36,524 nt of DNA from Trichomonas gallinae (taxonomy: Eukaryota). The notes below the pieces were generated by a model. The model was not told where the DNA came from. It did no database searches and saw only the letters and a program-made list of their open reading frames with translations. The stretch is taken from NCBI GenBank assembly GCA_008369845.1, contig MRSU01005911.1, positions 1 through 36,524 on the forward strand, read 5' to 3'. Of the stretch, positions 31,599-36,524 are shown piece after piece; positions within the stretch are counted from its first letter, which is position 1; every line of letters starts with the position of its first letter. The translations under genes and the position numbers were made by a program.

Positions 31599-32495
31599 TT
31601 ACAGGCCGAAATGATGCAAGAAAGCATCTAAACTATATGCTGTTGCAATCATTTTCTCTGACAAATAATTCGGGGGTTCGAGGGGTGAAAGGATTTGGAA
31701 TGGTTTCATTGGAGGTAGAGCTCTCTTGAGGATACCTTCAACTGCAACAGATTGTACTGGAATGTTGTTTACTGTTGCGTTTTGGTTGCTTGGTCTAGGA
31801 ATGGGAGCTGGCTTTTCATCACGAACACGGTATTTGGATGAGCTGTGTTGTGACCTCATGTGCTTTGATGGTTTGCGCATCATCTTCTTGAGCTGTTGAT
31901 AATGATAGCGACATTGAACATCAGAGCGATTACCCATGGAATTAGCAATCTTTGCCCATGCGGTTTCACCATATTCTTCAACGAAGTCAAGTAATTTCTT
32001 GTCTTCTTCAGGCGACCATCTCTTCTTTGATATGCGTGGGTCCAATCCTCGGAACCATCTCTGAGAGCACTGTGCCCTTGTGCGGGTATCACCGACAATT
32101 TCTGCAACTAAGGACCAATTGTCTGTTCCATTTCTGAGAATTCCAGCAAGAAGCCTTCTGTCTTCATCTGCATTCCATGGCCTTGCTCTCTTCCTTCCAC
32201 TGTTGGATAAAGAACTCATTGAATCGGAAGATTCAGGTGACGAGCATTCAATGTCTTCGTGCGCATTGATATCAGTTTCTAGGACGGATTTGAGTGTTTC
32301 CAGTGGTGTAGTTGTTCCAAGCTTCTCCATAAAGACCGAAAGACAATCTTCATAGGAGATTGTATCACGAATGTAAGACAAAAGAACATCTTTCAAGCTT
32401 TTGAACACTTCATCATCCATTTCAGGGTTCAAATCTTGGAATTGTGAACAGAAATATTCCAGGATGCAGTGCTGGCCGAGAAATGAACGGCTCAT
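31599..32495 (-). CDS. R2R3 Myb-like DNA-binding protein, 298 aa
   Basis: Two Myb repeats: WNADEDRRLL...WSLVAEIVGDTRTRAQCSQRW and WSPEEDKKLL...WAKIANSMGNRSDVQCRYHY. Confidence 0.95.
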   Translation of the reverse strand: MSRSFLGQHCILEYFCSQFQDLNPEMDDEVFKSLKDVLLSYIRDTISYEDCLSVFMEKLGTTTPLETLKSVLETDINAHEDIECSSPESSDSMSSLSNSGRKRARPWNADEDRRLLAGILRNGTDNWSLVAEIVGDTRTRAQCSQRWFRGLDPRISKKRWSPEEDKKLLDFVEEYGETAWAKIANSMGNRSDVQCRYHYQQLKKMMRKPSKHMRSQHSSSKYRVRDEKPAPIPRPSNQNATVNNIPVQSVAVEGILKRALPPMKPFQILSPLEPPNYLSEKMIATAYSLDAFLHHFGL

Positions 32496-35039
32496 CTAAA
32501 ATTTTAAAAATTTTACATCCTTACAAATATAAAAAATTACATAAAACTCAAATGTCGTCAATTATGTCAGAGATTGAAGCCTGTGAATCAAATAATTGTG
32601 AGAAAATTTAAGTATTCTAAATTAAATTGTTCTCAAAAATTGAGTCATCATTTAATATTTTGAGAGGAAAATAATTGAAAACAACGTATTGTCATTTAAT
32701 TTTTACATATTACGATTGTATATATGATTTTAATGATATTTGATTTGAATTACGATAAAATCTATGGATAAAATAACTATAAAATATGACCCAAAATGTA
32801 GTCAGTCATCGATCAGAATAAAATATTCCATTGTTTTCAAATGAGAACAGTTTATCTCAATATTATCTTTACACCAATATCATCTATATAACTTATCCAA
32901 TGATATTCGATTAATTATAAACAAAAAGTGTATGTAAAGTCTTCAAAACCATAAAGAACTTATTTTTCAATGAAATTAGGCATCCCTAACAGTATAAATG
33001 TGTTATCGCGCATTTTTATAATTTTGAAAGATATCTATTGTAAGAATCAAAAATGTTCTATAATATAAATAGAATATAAATATCACCATTTCTAAATTGA
33101 AAAACGCGATTTTGAGAGCATTCAAAATTTCATTTAACTTTGATAGTTTGATTTGGTATTATCTCTATATAGTAATGATGCCCGATTATTTTACAAAATT
33201 TATCATATTGTCCCTTTATTTTTATTGACTTTTATGGAAATTATTTTCGTTCAAACTAACATAAAATGTAGCATATATCATCAATATGCAATTGGAATTC
33301 ATCATCAAAACATTATCAGCTCACTAAAATGAAATTTGTGATTTGGAGGTTATGATCAAATTTATAAAATAATCCATTATTCGCAATATTGAATACCTAT
33401 ATAAGATTTTTCACGAATTACAAAATACCAAATGTCATATGATTCAACACAATTCAGTCGAAAAAACAATGAAAGCTACTGGTGATCGTAAACACAACTC
33501 TATGTGGTCATACATAGGTCATGTACCAACCCGAAACAGTGAAACGCAACCATTTTCATGTTTGTTGATTTTCGAATCGACACAGAATACGATTAGTATG
33601 TGATTATTCATTAAAATCATGGACATTATCACTAAAGGCAACTATTTTTAATGGGCTCGCATATAATGGGAAATAAGCTCCGAAAAAAAAAAGTGTTAGA
33701 TCAACTTAGTTATCCGTGTCACTTTTATATTTCTGCCATATTAATATTATGTCAAATGGACGTTTATTTATTATGTCGATATCAAATTTTTAATTAAATG
33801 ACTAAATATATGAACTATATGCATTTATAAGATGTATTTTAATGGAAAATTTCAATATAATGGTGGAGATATTTCAAAATTTTGGAGAAGACAATAATCA
33901 AAAATGCTAGTCTAAAAACATAAATCTAGGCATACAACATTGAATATTACAGTCAAGAATAGCATCAATGGTGATTTTTTACATTAATTAAATCAATGTA
34001 AACATCTTCAAGACAGAGTATAGCTATGATCACTGGATACATCTGAATAAGTCCTGATACTGCTATGGAAGCTAACTATGTTACTATCCATTAAATTGAT
34101 TCAATAAACGATTGGATAGACAGAATTTGGGCTATATTACATAATAACATCAATATAATGAATTACTCAATATGTTTACATGATAACGATGATTTATGGT
34201 GATTCAGATCTTTTTCACCAATAATGAACACTTCTCTATCATCTAAACTACAAGACAGGGGCTAATCATATCATTGACTACAAATATCAAACATCGTTAA
34301 ATGAGCAAGACCCATCAAAATCAGGAAAATTGATGATCAAGGAAAAATAATTATTTATATTATACGTTCATCATTACAAGTATTTATGCATTTAAAATAA
34401 TGCGAATAAATGCAAATGGGAAATATCAATTATATTTTTGACATGTAAACGAACGAAAAATAAGAGAAAAAGTGCCACGTTTTGAATAGTTTACAAAAAT
34501 AAATTTATCCGTACTGTATTGTTTTTTGTACTGGTTATCATTTTCCAATAAAAATAAATTTCCTAAAAAATTAACTTTTGATATTGTTTATGGCTTTTAT
34601 AGGCCAACGGGGCATTCTGTTAATGAACGTATATTAATGATGTTTCAATGACTATGACGACACAATTTGAGGTATATCTCAATATATTTGAGATAGGTGA
34701 AATATTACCTTTATTTATATTTGGAAATCATACTAATTACAGGTCCATTCAGGATACTTTAGAAGTTCGGGGAGTTCATCGATATTTTGATTTTTGAATG
34801 AGCTCTCGCAATTATTTTGAAAGCGCATTGAAATGAATTGAATGGGCATTAATTTAAATCAAATTGGCCATGTATATGCATTATTTATCAGCATTATTTA
34901 ACCAAACGTGCAATAAACATATTCAATTTAAATCAAAGTTAGAAATAATTAATAAACATGTATACAGTATTTATAAAATTGTTTTGATTTAAAAATTCAA
35001 AAATGGGTTCTCAAAACTTATTTTTTAAGATAGTTAGCC

Positions 35040-36524
35040 ATGTTTCTTTACATAGCAGCTGCGGAATGCAAAAGAGTAAGTACGGCAGCTAACGATTGGG
35101 AGAATATTAGAATCCTGATTGATTACAACTACATTAATGGCACAAAAGAAGATCCACAATTATGCAAACGTTTCGGAAGTGGCGCAGGTTCATCAGTATG
35201 GGAAATGAGAGAGGCGTGCTTCCAATTTATACAGGATTATCAAACAATTATTCCAGCTTTACAAGGAACCCTCGAAAATGCGAAAGATTACGTGCAGCGT
35301 TTGGTCTTGGTTCATCCTCGTGATAAAGATATATACGCAAAAACAGCAGATATCGGACACGATCCAAAATTCGGAATACAAACTTTTAAGGCTGCTCCAT
35401 TTACAACAGGCAGTCAGCAAATTCAATTCCCTGGTATTCACCTATACATAGCAGTTTTATTCCGTCCTTTTATAAGCCCAAAATACTCCCCCACGATAGC
35501 TTATATCACACAAAATGATTATTTTGGAACTCACAGGCCTTTGACAGGCAACATCATTGCCTCCATGGACAAGAGGAAATACTACACTGATTCTGCAACT
35601 CTCAGAGTTGAAGATGAAAACACACCAAATAATTTCCTCTTCTGGGAGTGTGTTAAAGACATAATTACAATATTAGGCGTTCAAAAAGATCAGTTTCAAA
35701 ACTTCCACCCACAGAATTCAGAAACTGTATACTCAGATCCAATCTGCACGATCAGAACAAGTTATAAGACATACAAGTTCCTTGTTACTCCATACGCGCA
35801 TAAGTTCGCAAAGAGACACTTTGGTGTAGAAACATTTACAATAGATGGAAATTCTTGTCCAGCTGGTATCGAACTCGATGAAGGTTCAAACACCCTGTAT
35901 GGAAATCTCGAAAGTCGAACTCTTTACGGTGATGTAATGTCCAATGTTTACGCAGGCTATCTTTATCCACGTGTCACAGATGCAACAGCAGCTGTCCTCC
36001 TTGATACAGGAAACTACGAGATTAACTGGTCAATGGTTCAGCCACACGAGTGGGGCCACAGAGATTCAATTAATGGAGAATACATAGAAAACTTTGGAAC
36101 AGCAATGCAACAATATGTTTATCCTCGCTACTACCAAATGGACTCTTCGTCACCTGAAGCAGAGAAAGAGAAAGTCACTGGATTCAACTTTAAGTACGTT
36201 GGAGCTTTAGATGATTGGGAACAATCAACATCTTCCAGAAAGAGACCTTTTAATCCTAAAAATTGGAAATATGTTTCGAAGTTAGAAGTTGCTGATTATG
36301 CTGTAATCAAGCCCGTCAAAAAGTACTGCCCACCTTATCAAGCAATTCTTCCTTCTGAAGGCGGGCCATATGACTTCATTGCCAGAGGACTTTTTAATGA
36401 TGGCAAGGCATGGAAAGTTTATCAATGCGGTGAATATGATTGCAGAACATACAATGAATTCAAGTACAGGTTGTACAACAACTCACAAAGGACTCAGTAT
36501 GTTGACATCATATGCAACAATGAC
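35040..36524 (+). CDS. GP63/leishmanolysin-like (peptidase M8) surface protein, probably catalytically altered; 5' part only (at least 495 aa)
   Basis: The frame is open from ATG 35040 to the window end and is absent from the ORF track because it has no stop. It reads MFLYIAAAEC...WENIRILIDYNYINGTKEDPQLC...RPLTGNI...FLVTPYAHKFAKRHFGVETF...CPAGIEL...LESRTLYGDVMS...RVTDATAAVLLDTGNYEINWSM, all typical of Trichomonas GP63-like proteins. Confidence 0.88.
   Translation, partial: MFLYIAAAECKRVSTAANDWENIRILIDYNYINGTKEDPQLCKRFGSGAGSSVWEMREACFQFIQDYQTIIPALQGTLENAKDYVQRLVLVHPRDKDIYAKTADIGHDPKFGIQTFKAAPFTTGSQQIQFPGIHLYIAVLFRPFISPKYSPTIAYITQNDYFGTHRPLTGNIIASMDKRKYYTDSATLRVEDENTPNNFLFWECVKDIITILGVQKDQFQNFHPQNSETVYSDPICTIRTSYKTYKFLVTPYAHKFAKRHFGVETFTIDGNSCPAGIELDEGSNTLYGNLESRTLYGDVMSNVYAGYLYPRVTDATAAVLLDTGNYEINWSMVQPHEWGHRDSINGEYIENFGTAMQQYVYPRYYQMDSSSPEAEKEKVTGFNFKYVGALDDWEQSTSSRKRPFNPKNWKYVSKLEVADYAVIKPVKKYCPPYQAILPSEGGPYDFIARGLFNDGKAWKVYQCGEYDCRTYNEFKYRLYNNSQRTQYVDIICNND

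Noticed and set aside
32500..35000. 2.5-kb gene-free stretch between the Myb and GP63-like genes, checked for tRNA, snoRNA, Maverick/transposase remnants and arrays
   Set aside because: I could not recognise a cloverleaf, box motif pair, long ORF or repeat array by eye. Slightly coding-like patches near 33900-34350 could not be assigned.
35076..35102. Intron-like 27-mer GTAAGT...GCTAAC...AG near the start of the GP63-like gene
   Set aside because: The frame is open without splicing, excision would delete the conserved Trp of WENIRI, and the branch-to-AG spacing and sequence do not fit the trichomonad CTAAC-x-ACAG pattern.
1064..35441. Many short 60-130 aa ORFs in the track, overlapping or antisense to real genes or in AT-rich spacers
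   Set aside because: These are shadow ORFs with no recognisable domains, and many start at TTG.

Overview
AT-rich, gene-dense eukaryotic DNA with almost no introns, from a trichomonad (Trichomonas vaginalis or a close relative). The organism call rests on Inr (TCAYT) and M3 promoter elements next to start codons, a 26-nt spliceosomal intron in Rab1, and Trichomonas-expanded families (DUF3447-ankyrin, GP63-like, BspA-like, R2R3-Myb). There are about 15 protein-coding genes: a TMEM62-like metallophosphoesterase, Rab1, a small ENTH/VHS-like protein, a DRG GTPase, an EamA/DMT transporter, a candidate TFIIIC large subunit (GTF3C1/tau138-like), a coiled-coil protein, a DUF3447-ankyrin protein, a VPS9-like protein, an alpha-solenoid protein, a beta-helix-like protein, a TTLL glutamylase, a Vps11 paralogue without its propeller, a Myb protein, and a GP63-like gene that runs off the right edge and is missing from the ORF track. 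A decayed BspA-like pseudogene is also present. Several ORF-track starts are TTG codons and were moved to the first ATG. The most notable observations are: (1) a non-coding motif, TGACATGTAAA, with 7 exact copies, all intergenic and 5' of genes, including a perfect 28-bp palindrome in a bidirectional promoter; (2) the 1020-aa hypothetical protein resembles a divergent, N-terminally shortened TFIIIC subunit 1; (3) the GP63-like protein has lost its canonical zinc ligands but has an HEWGH motif at a different position; (4) the Vps11 paralogue lacks its beta-propeller. Family assignments come from motifs recognised by eye and remembered family sequences; no searches were run.
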